From: Geosiphon pyriformis uo1 | Taxonomy: Eukaryota; Fungi; Glomeromycota | DNA: 64,000 bases | Direction of reading: 5' to 3' | Assembly (NCBI GenBank): GCA_016748015.1 | Contig: JAAOMT010000664.1 | Span: 935,518-999,517, forward strand | Part shown: piece by piece, positions 12,314 to 24,698 of the stretch | Position numbering within the stretch: position 1 is the first letter of the stretch | Layout: every line of letters starts with the position of its first letter | Notes under the pieces: model-generated | Database searches by the model: none | What the model saw: the letters and a program-made list of their open reading frames with translations, nothing else | Told to the model about the DNA's origin: nothing | Position numbers and translations under genes: made by a program

Positions 12314-13897
12314 TTGTGATGTTTTTTATGCTGTTTGTCATGTGCATTGGGAGGTCAGTTCTGGTTCTGGATTTCTAGATGGTGATTTGTATTCAGATGT
12401 TGATTGGTTTTGTTCTTTTGGGGTTTGGCACTCTGATTTGCATATGGCCACTGGTTTCACCAACAGGCTAACTGCTGATACTCGAACTTACCTTATGAAG
12501 ACTTTACACTGTCAGCTTCTTGTGGCTGTTCAGAAGTGCATTTATGATAAATGTTATTCTAGTGTTTTGTGTCTGTATTGTGATCAGATAGAGATGTCTG
12601 ATTATGTGTTTTCTTGTGTGGTTGATGATTCGGCTTATCATCAGGTCTTGGAATCTTGCATGTCTTCTTGGAGGATGCTTTTTGGTCTTTCTCTTTCTTT
12701 ATTAAATGTATTGCAGCTGCTGTTAACTTGTGCTTTGGACTTTCTGGTTTCTTCAGCTCTTTTCAAGAGTTTTGTTTTCAATAGATAACTTCAGGAGATC
12801 ATTTCCGTCTTTCATAATTCAAAAGTTGCTGGTGTTAAAATTGCTAATTTTGTGCAATCTATTTGTCTTGCTTTCAGGAATGACATTTGGTTGGTCCATG
12901 CTAAGCATTGCGCATTTATGGAAAAAAATGGCCTGATCTCTGTAGATGACTCGATCCCCATTTCGATTTCTGGTTTGGTTTTGGGGTTCTTGGCTGGTGT
13001 AATTAAGTTGTTTGGTATTGCTGAAGCTTTTGGTGTCTATTTTGGCTTTTGCAAGTCTTGTTTGTTTTTTTCAGATATTGGTAACCTGGTTTTTGTCAAT
13101 ATAAGTACATAGTGTTGTCCTAACTGGCTTGAGTGGCTGGTCACGTGTAGAAAATACATGATTTACACTTAGTTTAGATCATTTCCTTGATGTATAGTTC
13201 TAAGTAGTGTTTAAACCTCACTCATTAAATAAATAAAAATAAAAATAAAAATAAAAATATTAAAACATAACTTTTTTGTTTTTACAATAAACAAATTACC
13301 CAAGTATTTTTGATTGACAACAATGAAAGATCCAGTTAGAAAAAATCAATTAAAAACAATTATATTAAACAATATAATTAAATATTAATTTGTATTTATT
13401 TTAATAAATATATTATTATTGTTAAAACTAATTTTTTATATTAAAATTAGTAAAATAAAACTAAAAAAAAAGCCAAAGTAAAAAAACCAAAGTTTTATTT
13501 TTTAAAAAACAAAGCTGTTACTTTATGGTAAACCAAAAAATAAAATAAAAAAAGTTTTTAGTAATTGCATCTTTTATTGTAAACATAAGTTTTACAAGAC
13601 TAAAAAACAAAAAAAGTTTATTGTTTCTCAAAAATCAGAATTTTCAATTGCTTTGATGCATGTACAATTTAATTGTTTTAAGACCAAAACATTTGGTTTT
13701 TTGATATAAATACTATTACAATTGATGAATATGAGAATTCCCCTTCTCTTTGTCGAAGACCTATTCTGATTTTAAAAATTACCTATATCGATACAACCTT
13801 TCAGGTTTAGCTAACTACCTGTGCATATTGGGATATTGGGTTTTTGTTTAAAATTCCTTTCATCGGTCATCATCTTGGCACCTTGATTTCAAAAAAC

Positions 13898-15056
13898 ATG
13901 AGCGAACACCAAAGTTTCCTTGCTAAATTCAACTTTGAGCCCAAGCTGGATTATATCAGTGAGCTCGCAGATACCTTCCTTGAGCTTAGGAAGCAGGCCA
14001 TTCAAGCAATGGAAGAGGGAGAAAACCGGTGGCCGGTAAGTAGTAAATTAACTTTATTCATTTCTCGAGTCTCTCAAGGGGTGTTCTTGGACGCTTTATT
14101 AAATCTATGAATATTAATTTGGAACTATAAAACGCCAAATACTCAGCTAGAAAGGGAAAAAATTGATAGTGTCGGCCTTGGCATCACGAGTTCCTTCGCG
14201 CGCTTAAGAGACCTCAATCGTCGCGCGTGTCTCTTGAAACTAGCTGATAAAAATGCTACTCAAACAGCGAGGCTAGGAATGGATGATACACATCTACAGC
14301 TACAGAATTTAATATCCGAGAGGGGATATTTGCGACGAGAAATTGCAAAATGCAGGAACAACAGGTGAAAAGATATCTTCCATTTTGAATGTTCTATATT
14401 CTCAAATTCTCAATCTCAAATACCTCATTTTCTCAAATTTTATAAAATAAGATTCATATATCAGAGCATCCCACTTATTAGCGAGAGAGAGTTTTTGGAA
14501 GAAGCGCCAGATGAGTACAAGTCAATACCAACCATCGAAGGGATAGAAGAAAATGAGGATTTGTTTGCACATCATCGAATGCTTCAAAGATTAAGATACG
14601 AAGAGTCTCAAAGAAAAAGGCATCGTATATATGTTAAGGCCGTTTCAATATCTCGATGTAATCAATATTTATACTGCTATTCTAAGAGTCTTTTAACATA
14701 AAAAGACTTGAAGCAGAACGCGACGAGAAACATACACGCAAGACCCAACTCTCAGCGAGGTTGGCAGAGAAGCGGGCCAAAATTGAGCAAGTAAATCAAG
14801 AAGTTGCAAAATACTTCCAGGTAACCTAGTATTAAAGTTATTCATCAGTCATTGATACGTCACTAAATTTATCTTTATTCATTAGGAATCGGAGGCTTTG
14901 CAACATATTCTAGGGTTGCAAAATGGTACCATCAATGGGACTAGTTCTTCACGTTCAAGATCTCTCAGTCCCACTCTTTTTTACCAAGAACAGCCTGCAT
15001 CTTCATCTCCCAGACGCCCAGTGAATGGTTCATCATCCTCACATCGTGCAAATTAA
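13898..15056 (+). CDS. THOC5: THO complex subunit 5 / Fms-interacting protein-like (short form), about 5 exons
   Basis: Spliced: FARLRDLNR...ARLGMDDTHLQLQNLISERGYLRREIAKC...YQSIPLISEREFL...HHRMLQRLRYEESQRKRL, the FmiP/Thoc5 N-terminal coiled-coil pattern. Confidence 0.75.
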
Positions 15057-15653
15057 GTTCGCGTTTGAATAAAGGTTCCATAACTACTTCTAGCAAAGTT
15101 CATTTCAGGACGGGGGAGATGTCCATAACAGCAAATGAAAATTGTGTATTACATTTGTATATTTTTAATATATATTGCATATTTTTCGTTCTCTGTTCAA
15201 ATGTATTTCTAATGCAAATTAATATTAATATCAACGTGGACAAGGGTGCAAGTCTATTTAACTAAAGGTAATGACGGTGATATTAGGGTACGCATGGAGT
15301 AAAATTCCATATTTTTAATTTAAATACAAAACGCGTTTGCATTAGAAAAAATATATATTTAATCTGTATATAATAAAAGTAATTAAAGAGCAACTTAACA
15401 ATTTAAAAAGTGTAGACAAATGATTGTCAAAAAATTTGGGGTATATTTGTGAACACACAAAATGGAGTTGATAAATTCCTTGACTAATGATGTTGGTGGG
15501 GAAAATGAAGTGTCAGTTTTTTTATAAGTGTTTTCACGCGTAAGCAGCCAATTATCATAAATGATGAGATTTAAGAAAAATAAGTTACACAAAGCGATAA
15601 AGTATGAAAAATAATCTATATATATATAAACAAAGTTTCTACTCTAAAATAGG

Positions 15654-18576
15654 CTATTGTTGGAATTGTATCCTTCCAAATCCTCCGCTTTGTGGTTGCC
15701 CGAATGAATTGAATGTTTGTTGCTGTTGTTGCAACGATACTTGTTCAAACTGTAAATCCTTAAGCGACTTAGGTGCAACATTTGTACTGGAATTGATCGG
15801 TTGTTGTGTCTGGAAAGGGTTCTTGCTAGTTTGGGTATTGGTAAACCTGTCATCTTTGGTTCCAAAATCGATGAGGCTATTGTTGGTAGCATAAGAATTA
15901 GCGGAAAACGGTGATCCAGGCTAAAAATCATATTAGAGGGAATAAATTTATAAAAATGGGAACGCATTGAAGATCCATTGAATTAAACTATTATATTACC
16001 TGACTCAGTGTAGACGAGAAATTTGTACTGCCGCTGTAGTTACTATATAAATCTGAATTAGCATTGTTTTGAGAGCTAAGGCTGAGATTTGGTTGAGAGC
16101 TGCTGAAAGTCCCCAAATATGGTGCATTAAGATTGTTTGTAAGCTCATTTTTATAAAAGGGATTAGCTTGGCTGATTGCCGAAGAGCCAATACTGCTGGT
16201 TGAATTTGATCGTAGAGGAGCAGTGGAAAATCCAGTACCACTATTTCCGTAAAGATGTTAAATGTTGAGTGGGGGTAATTGAAATTTAATTGAGTAATAA
16301 AGGTTTCAACTTACGCGGGAACACGGAGGTCACCCGTGTTACCAAATGTATCAAGCCCATCTCTAGAAAGTTACAGTATTAAAGTTAAATATTTTTCAAA
16401 TGTTAAATCAATTCAAAATATAATTATCCATAGTATACTTACCCTCGCATAGCAAGCAAACTATTCAATTTTGAGTGTTTTTCATCCTGTGGCTTTAAAG
16501 TCTGAAAATATTTTTATTTGATTAAACATTGAATTTAAGTCAAGAAAAATAAGTTGTGATAAATTAAACTAATTAATTACCTGTTGCTGGAGCGATTGAT
16601 TTTGTTGGTTTGACTGATTTTGAAACCCAGTACTTGACTATGGGAAAAATTGAAGACATAATGACCTTTGTTCTAACAAGGATTTAATATTTTTTTTTAA
16701 ATAAAAAGGAATTGTCGAACCTGATGACCATTGCCAAATGTTGAATCAAAACCCAAATTAAAAGTTGGTGTAGTAAAAGCATTTTGTTGAGACTGCAACT
16801 GCAATGAGTCATTGTTAAATGTCGGCTGATTACCAACGGTAGATCCAAAAGCTGAATTACTTCCAAAACTTTGTTGTTGTCCAGTGAAAGGGCCAAAGGG
16901 ATTATTAGATCCTACTGTCGTGGTACTAGCCGATTGTTGCTGCTGCAAAAATTGTTGTTGAAAAGAATTATTTTGTTGTTGTTGTAACTGCAACTGCAAC
17001 AATTGTTGTTGGTAAGGATTGGTGGAAAACCCGGTTTGATTGTAAGAATTGAAATCTTGCTGATTTTGTTGGTTTTCCAAAGTAAATAAATCGTATTGCT
17101 GCTGTCCTGGCGTGCTGTTTGCAAATTGAGAGAATTGGTTATTAGATAATTGCTCGTTGAAAAGATCGACTTGTTGTTGTTGTTGCTGCTGCTGCTGGTG
17201 TTGTTGTCCAAACTGAGTTTCATTGAAACTGAAAGAGATAATTTTACGTTTAAGTACTATAATCTTGTTCAAAATTTCATCGAGACAACAAATATGCAAA
17301 TATCAAGATTTATTGGTTACCCAGTATCAAACTGTAACAAGTTTGATTCCTGTCGAGCAGCTTCTGTAGCCTTCTTTCTTTTTTCCTCTTCATCCTTGCT
17401 TAACTGTATAGCTTTTTCTAATTCCTGTTGCTCTTGGAGACTGACATTAAGCATGAATCAAGAAATAATTGAGCATCATTTTAAACCAAGGAATAAATGC
17501 TCTCTACAAATATTTGCTTAGTTCACCTCTCTTTCAATTTCTTTTCATGTTCTTGAGCACTTCTTTTACTTTCTTCAATTGCCCGTTGATACTGAGCAGA
17601 ATCATCAAAGTAACCAGGTTGATCATAATCCTCTGAGATTCCTCTATCAAAAGATAAAGGTATATCTGGCTCATTTCGGCCTGAAAGGCGATCTCTCATG
17701 GTTGCCCTCGATCGCCTTTCAGCTTTAAGACGTTCATCGTCTAACAAAAGGTTTGTTATGTCTTTTGCCTTTTGACGAACTATGCATATTTGATATATAA
17801 AAAAAAGCTTAAAGAAGAAATTCCTTATAATTTTACTAGGTGAGGAAAAATATCAATAGTATACCATTAGCACCCTGATCTTTTCCATATTCATCCACAA
17901 ATTGGAACTCTCGAAGAGTTTTCACTATATACAAATTGTCTTTCGCATATAAAACAACATTTTCGGATCCAACGTGAAGACAGTAATCTAATAGTGTGAG
18001 AGCCTAAAGGATTCAAAAAAATCGTAAAATAAAAATTTCCAGATAATTCACGAAGAGATGCTACCGAAATGTTAAATGGTCAATGCAATGATGATAAATT
18101 TCGTTACTTTGAACACATGTCTCCAGTTTTTACCATGATCATTTAAACGTTTATCGATCATTTCCATAATTTCTATAAATTCATGACTGATCAATGTTTA
18201 AAATAGATTTGAGAATGTAAGAAATTATTTCAACCACCGGTTATCCAAGTTAGATGAACCGAATTCCCTCGTTCACCGAGACTTGTGAAAATGCTAGGAA
18301 GGCGGGGAAACTTTGAAAACTCACTGGCTATATGTAGCTTGGGCAATCTCGTCCATCGCTGTACCACTTGGTCCCCATGCATCATTTGAAGTGGCTGTTC
18401 TGACTTTAGCTTGTATGTCTGAATATCCTTTCGAAAAATTTTTTCTAAAATATTTATTGATAAGTATGTTTAATCATCACAATATACAAAATCTTGCTAA
18501 ATTACGTTACTTTTGCAAATTAACAAGAGATGATATTTTACATTGAGCGCACAGCTCCCTTAGCCATGTACGCCAT
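15654..18576 (-). CDS. Epsin (ENTH domain, UIMs, Q-rich region, NPF motifs), Ent1/Ent2-like, multi-exon
   Basis: KNFSKGYSDIQAKVRTATSNDAWGPSG; NDHGKNWRHVFK; LDYCLHVGSENV; UIM-like YQRAIEESKR and LEKAIQLSK; DTFGNTGDLRVP; NPF motifs (NNPFG, ANPFY, KNPFQ). Confidence 0.93.
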
Positions 18577-18959
18577 CGTATATAAGTGTTATTTGGGCTG
18601 TGTGGAAAATAAGTGGTTTTGACTAATTTAAAGTAAATTACAAAGTCTTTTTCACTCTATACCCTAGTTCGAAAAAATGAAAAGGATAAAATTAGAAAAA
18701 AAGGTGTCGCGTGGAGTAAAGTTTTGGTGGGAAAACGAGTGACAGAACACGTATATATTGAACTGAAGTTTCTTATTAAGTGAACTTCCAAGACGGTTGG
18801 CAGGGGAACCAACCACACGTTTATTTAATTGCTACCAAATGATGCTATGACAGGCAAATACGTCATATCACTTGGCCAAAATTCTTATTATGCGTGATAT
18901 AATGTGATTGTCCGTTTGTGATGTAATTTTTCGATCTACAGAATATTTCAAAGTTTGAC

Positions 18960-20720
18960 CTAGTTGGTATGAAATTGTTTCCCATTAACATATTTTAAAG
19001 CACCAGCGTTAATTAATGCTTGATATAAATCTTCGATGAGATCGTCAACATCCTAGATCCCAAATTGAGGTTTAAAAGGAACAATCAATTCATTATATCA
19101 TACCAACAAAAACCGAAAATGCGAGTCTCCGATTTGTCTTACTTCAATTCCAACACATAGACGGATTAAATCTTCTGGGAAACCCCTTTCTGCACGCACT
19201 GTTGCAGGAATACTTGCATGGGACATTCTGCAAGGCATGCTAAATTTCCCATTTTTGATGGAAAATTTTTTATGAGGGGTTAAAATTTAAATTCTGTCGA
19301 GTTTTTTTTAGATGATGCTCCGGTGAGGAGTTCTTGTGAAAATAAAAATTCGAACAGGTATTTAAATCGGACCTTATTAAAGAGTTCACACATCCAAAAC
19401 TGACACTAATGGCCCATAACTTGGTCGCTTCTACTATACGTTCACTAATGCCGCTATCTCCAGTTAAGAAGCTTAAGACTGCACCGGGACCTCGTGACAT
19501 CTTGTGATGCAATTCGTGTTGAGGATGGGACTTGAGACCAGGAAAATTGACTTTAAATCCATGGTATTCAAGAAATTGGGCAATTTGTTGTGCATTTGCT
19601 TGTTGTTTTTCCATGCGAACCCCTAAAGTCTTGATGCCCCGGAGAAGAAGCCAAGAATCAAATGGAGAAAGCCCACACCCAGTAGCATTAATGGTAAAGT
19701 ATATTCTCTTGAATGAATTAATAGATGTTAATGAAAAGTTGCATCACACAGTATTTTAATTGAGGTTTAAGATTATTGTCATCAAGTAAAATTTTTGTTT
19801 GCTAATGAAACATACCTCGCCCACGACTTCATCTTTGACGCCAATAACGCCAGCCATTAAATCATGATGGCCACTCAAATATTTAGTGCCGGATTGATAT
19901 GAGATATCTGCCCCAAGATCCAATGGCTTTTGTAAGTATGGAGACATCATTGTATTATCTACGACTATCAAAGCATTTGGGCATTGTCCATGAACGATTG
20001 ATGAAATGGCAGCGATGTCACATATTTTGATCAAGGGATTTGTAGGTGATTCCAAAATTACAAGGCGAGTTTTTGTTGGATGAAGATAAGGTAAAAGATA
20101 TTTAGGATTGGTTATATCTACATGGTGTGTTTTGATATCAAAGTTTTTATTCAGAAATGCTAAAAGGCGATTTGTACCTAAAAATTTTTATTTCAAAGAT
20201 TCAGTGAAGATTGTGAAAACAGGAACAAAGTTATAATTCTTGGAATAAGAAAGAAAATTTACCCCCGTACAAATCATCACCAGCAATAATTTCTTCCCCA
20301 GATTTCACTAATCGTGCAATTACATCAAAAGCGCTCATCCCACTACTAACAGCAAATGCACGTTTGGCAGACATGATTTTGGCTAGATGACTCTCTAATT
20401 ACACTCAAAAAAAAAAAAAAATTAACCCATCATAAAAGAAAGAGTGCCCAAGGTTAAATTACCAGGCAACAGGAAAACTCACCTAACACGGACCTAGTTG
20501 GATTTCCACTTCGGGTGTAATCAAAATCACCCGTTTCAGTGGCAGAAGTTTGTCTAAAAGTAGCCGTTTGATAAATGGGAACGGAGGTGGCGTTGTAAGG
20601 GTCTCTAACACTACTATTGTCTCCATTATCTATGTGTACAAGTTCAGTGGCAGTCCTATATCTGTGATTCATACCGTTAACTTGCTGTGGAGTTGGAGGT
20701 GTTGAAAGTTCGGAATCCAT
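18960..20720 (-). CDS. STR3: Cystathionine beta-lyase (Cys/Met metabolism PLP enzyme; Str3/MetC-like)
   Basis: SVPIYQTATF, DYTRSGNPTR, ESPTNP, VVDNT, SGTKYLSGHHDLMAG (PLP lysine), SVSFGCVNSLI, MSHASIP, LIRLCVGIE; GT-AG introns. Confidence 0.92.
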
Positions 20721-20775
20721 TGCATTAAAATTACTTTCCTTCCATCAAGGAAAAAAACTGAGGGGATAAGCAAAC

Positions 20776-20782
20776 CACGTGA
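20776..20782 (-). promoter_or_regulatory. TCACGTG (Cbf1-type bHLH E-box) 56 bp upstream of the cystathionine beta-lyase ATG
   Basis: Exact TCACGTG on the minus strand; this is the yeast sulfur-regulon element. Function inferred. Confidence 0.4.
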
Positions 20783-20923
20783 TAATTTTCACGAGGTTGT
20801 TCAGGGTAAATCAGGTAAAGATTTGCAGTGTGTCACTGAAGAATTTATTCAGCAAATATTGTCGCAATATCAATTTTATTTGGGCAACTTTTGATTATTT
20901 TCTTCTCAGTAAGAAGCTTTCAC

Positions 20924-21295
20924 TTAAAAGTCAGTGACTCTTGCCCCATAACTCCAGTCACCATGTTTCAATGGATTTTCTTTTGGGCCATTTAGTTCAC
21001 CCGTTTCAGGGTTCTTATATCCTTCAAATTGAGGAGGTGGCTTTCGACGAACGTCTGGATGCATTGTTTCCTCTTCTGCTTCAACCGCTGCCTCAAAATT
21101 GGAGAATAGAGAACCTTGTTTTTTGCGGACTAGATCCTCGAATTCTTTTTGTTCTTCGGGATTACCTAGCGGAACAGGTCCAGGTCTATTGAATGTTGAA
21201 TTTGTTGAGTATTGTCGAAGGGGGAATCTGAACGAAGTAAAACCTTGTTTAATTGAGAGTTGTGGAGGCAATAAGAGACGAAAAATCGAGAACAT
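20924..21295 (-). CDS. SDHAF4: Succinate dehydrogenase assembly factor 4 (DUF1674), mitochondrial
   Basis: Presequence-like MFSIFRLLL; PGPVPLG.PEEQKEFE; NPETGELNGPKENPLKHGDWSYGARVTDF. True start is probably the ATG at 21295. Confidence 0.92.
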   Translation of the reverse strand: MFSIFRLLLPPQLSIKQGFTSFRFPLRQYSTNSTFNRPGPVPLGNPEEQKEFEDLVRKKQGSLFSNFEAAVEAEEETMHPDVRRKPPPQFEGYKNPETGELNGPKENPLKHGDWSYGARVTDF

Positions 21296-22664
21296 ATTTT
21301 TCTCCCAAGTTAGATTGTTTAACAGAATAGAATATTCACTATTTATCAAACACAAGCCACTTCAAAAATATCCATGATGTTCTGTTCTTCCCTAGTGATC
21401 CGAGTCACGTGTATGTACTCAAATACCAAGGTAAAATGTATACCTAAAATTATTATAGCAGCTTGGAAATATTTTTTTGGTTTTTATAAATTTTGTAAAA
21501 ATTTATATTAAACACTGTTTTAATTATTATTATTATTTTTTAGTTATTAATAAAATACAAATTGTAAACTAAAATGTTTACATTAATTAATTTTATAATT
21601 CAAAAAAACTATGTTACCGATTTATAAATGTTTACATTATTTTAAATTAATAATATTATGCATTAATTATTTATAAAAAAAAACTAAATTAAAAATGGTT
21701 TAATATGGTAAAAAAAAAGCTTGAGCTGAAATATTATGGCTAATAACATAACTGCTAATATCAAAATTTCAAAATATTAGATTTTATAAAATAAATTTAA
21801 TTAATATAGTTTTTAATAATAGAAAAATTTAAATATTAGACCAAAAAATAAGGTAATAGTTTTTTTATAAAAATGTATGAGAATTTTCCTAAAACAGGTG
21901 AATTTACTTATTTATTTATTTAATTATTTGTTATTGTTTGATTTTTTCATCTTTGTTGTTCTAGGCAAAAATCTCTTGTCGCGTGGATTCTTAAATATTA
22001 GCTAGAGGTTAACAGCTTAATCTAATTCATCCGAATCTAAAATCTTGCAAAAGAAATTTTAAAATATCTTTATTGTTAATAGTCAACTTAAAGGTAAACT
22101 AATCCCTAGTCAATGAGCATTCTTTCGATGGCTTTGATTCAAAAGGTCGCATAAACAAATTCTGGGAAAAACATCTTGACTTTGATTGCGGAAAATTTTT
22201 CTTTCTGCCTTGAGCTTTGGAGACATTCATCTCAGCTATTTTAATATTATCGTGCGATTCAGCCATTGTAAATATTCAAGCAGAAAGAATGAAAATTTTG
22301 AACATTGATTAATTAATTAAGATGCTATCTAATTAATTTATTAAAAAATTTTTGGCAATTCTAAGCGCGTCCGATCCAGATAAAAATAAATATAACGGGT
22401 TAATTAAGTTTTGTATTTTTAATATTGATTCTTGTAATATTTTAAAAAACATAACATCTTTTAAAAACTATATTATAATAAACAAATAATCTAAATAATA
22501 TTTATACATAATTTTTTAAAACAAAATCGAAAGAAATGTTGTAGTTTAAATTTTAATATTTTTAAATTTTGGTTTCTTATATTTAAAATGGTAAATAAAA
22601 AAATTTTATCTAATAATAGTTAAATTTTATAGATCAGATTGATCCAAATTATCAAAGAAAAAAA

Positions 22665-24223
22665 ATGAATAATTCATCTCAAGCAACCGAAGACGCGGAA
22701 TCTTTGGCTCTAGCAGTTCTTTTGCAAAATGAAGAATACACAGCACCCTCTGAAACCACTGAATACGGTTTGAGTGTGACTCTCTTGGATAAAGCCCTTG
22801 TGATGTTACGCTTTACTTGGTTTTATTTAATTTTCCATTTTGATTAATTAGCCGACAATGGACTCATCGACCCAAATCCTGATTTACATTCCTTATTCCT
22901 CGCCTTTAACGATCAATTCTTTTGGGGAAAGTTGGCCTGCGTTGAGGTCCGTTGGTCGACAAAAATGACTCTTTGTGCTGGGCTATGCGAGTTTAAGAAT
23001 GGTTTTGTTTCTATCAGGCTGAGCGAACCTCTCTTGAAATTCAGACCCCGATCTGATATGGTAGAAACTTTACTACATGAGATGATCCATGCTCTCAATT
23101 TTTTGGAATACACTATCACCGATCGCAGTAAATCTTCACTATAATAAATTTGTAGCTTTCAAAATGGTTGAATTTTAAAATTTGAATTTTCTGATAATAG
23201 ATGGCCATGGTGAGAAATTTCTGGTACACATGCAGCGCATTAATGCGGCTGCTGGAACATCAATAACTGTTTACCATGATTTCAATGATGAGGTAAATTA
23301 CTACAGAACACACATTTGGAAGTGCAATGTAAGTTCATTTTTTTCTTTATATTATTTGAACAATTTTATTGAGAAATCATCGCTAGATATAGATATAAGA
23401 TACCTTTCATCTCAGGGACCCTGTCAAGAACGATCTCCATTTTATGGACTGGTTAAACGATCGATGAACCGGTTTGTATTGACTTGTAGCATTAATATCT
23501 TTGTTAGGTTTTACGTAAAAACTCAAGGTTTTGTGATGCTGCAGACCTCCGCAGCCAGCGGATCGTTGGTGGCATTCTCATCAAGTAAATTGTGGAGGAA
23601 TATTTAACAAGATAGCTGAACCTATCAAGGAAGAAAAAAAGAGAAAGAGTAAAATAAATGAGGATAATAAACAGAATGAAGAAATGAAAAAATCTGGGAG
23701 CAAAACACTGGCTTACAAACGTCAACGCAAAGGAAACAGGAAATTAGATGATTTTTTTGCTCCTTCAAATCCGAAACAGAAACAAAGTGAAAGCAGAGAA
23801 TACGCAAACAACGTTCAAATTCAGCATAATCTTGAAAATAAGGTTGATCCCATCTTACTAGAAACCAATGCCTCAAATAAACCGCCAATTGATAATCCTC
23901 AATGCATCAGGGCCGCTGACAAGGAATCCAATACACTAGATAGTTGGTTCACTAGGATTAATCAGAGTCCGAAAAAGTTTTTCGAATCCGAGGAAGTTGC
24001 GGCAATCAATTCCGATCAAACAAACACATCGACCAGCCGAGACATAGCGCTCAATATTGTGCGAAACGAGAAAATAGACAGAGGCGATAGTTCTAAATCA
24101 GACTGGGGGCCTGGATACCGACTTGATAGAGCTCCAAAAAGCTGGATGGATCGGGAAAAGCAAATTGGCCATGATAAAAGTGAACAAGTAGTTCACTATG
24201 ATCAATCAAATCGGGCGATATAA
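22665..24223 (+). CDS. SPRTN: SprT-domain DNA-protein crosslink protease (Spartan-like), multi-exon, C-terminally truncated
   Basis: DPNPDLHSLFLAFNDQFFWGKL, VRWSTKMTLCAGLC, LSEPLLKFRPRSD, HEMIH zinc motif, GHGEKF, HIWKCNGPC, PFYGLVKRSMNRPP...WWHSHQVNCGG. Confidence 0.9.
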
Positions 24224-24698
24224 TTAACAATGGGGATATCAATGCTAAGTGGAACATTGACCAATCTGAGTACAATTTACATGTTACTCGAGTTCAATGT
24301 CCAATATGATTAGACAACACTATTCAAGAATCAGAGATTAATGAATACCTCGACATTTACATCTTTATGCAAAGTGAGGTGAATACGATAAATTAGATTT
24401 TCACTTTGTAATTCTTCCCAGAAATATGAGTTAAAACTATTACGAATTACTAAATTGCTAATATGTTTTGTACATTTTAATTACAATAATATGACTGTTT
24501 CAAAATTTCTAGAATATAAAGGAGGGAAGAAAATGTCTCCAACTTTCTGATTCACAAGCACAAAAACAAAGTGAAAATGCGAGTCTTAACTTTCTTACTC
24601 AATTTGTAAATGGAGTACAAAAATTGATTTTAGAAAATTTGACTGTTTTCCTTTTTTCCCTAGCAAGTAACCTGTGGAAACAAAGAAATCCTATTTTA

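Larger units (their letters stand above)
6864..13112 (+). pseudogene. LINE ORF2 polyprotein: AP endonuclease, reverse transcriptase, RNase H, C-terminal Cys/His motif
   Basis: APE: WKVAMCNVR, GGDFNE, KTIDYVF. RT: WKEAWVSMIPK, QNMRKAYDSV, FVDDAIW, YRYLGIF. RNase H: VYTDGS, TELWAI, FSDN, KSHSGISEND. C-terminal CLYC...YVFSC. Confidence 0.9.
4900..13260 (+). mobile_element. Non-LTR retrotransposon (LINE) with ORF1 and ORF2 (APE-RT-RNase H-CCHC), inactivated, with two nested insertions
   Basis: Gag-like ORF1, ORF2 domains in LINE order, short 3'UTR and (TAAAAA)n tail at ~13227-13259; many in-frame stops. The 5' boundary is approximate. Confidence 0.92.

Noticed and set aside
15604-17521. Plus-strand ORFs 15604-15894 and 17150-17521
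   Set aside because: Antisense to Q-rich epsin exons.
24307-24309. TGA at a Cys position read as selenocysteine or readthrough
   Set aside because: It is out of frame with SPRTN and two other zinc ligands are also mutated; decay is the simpler explanation.
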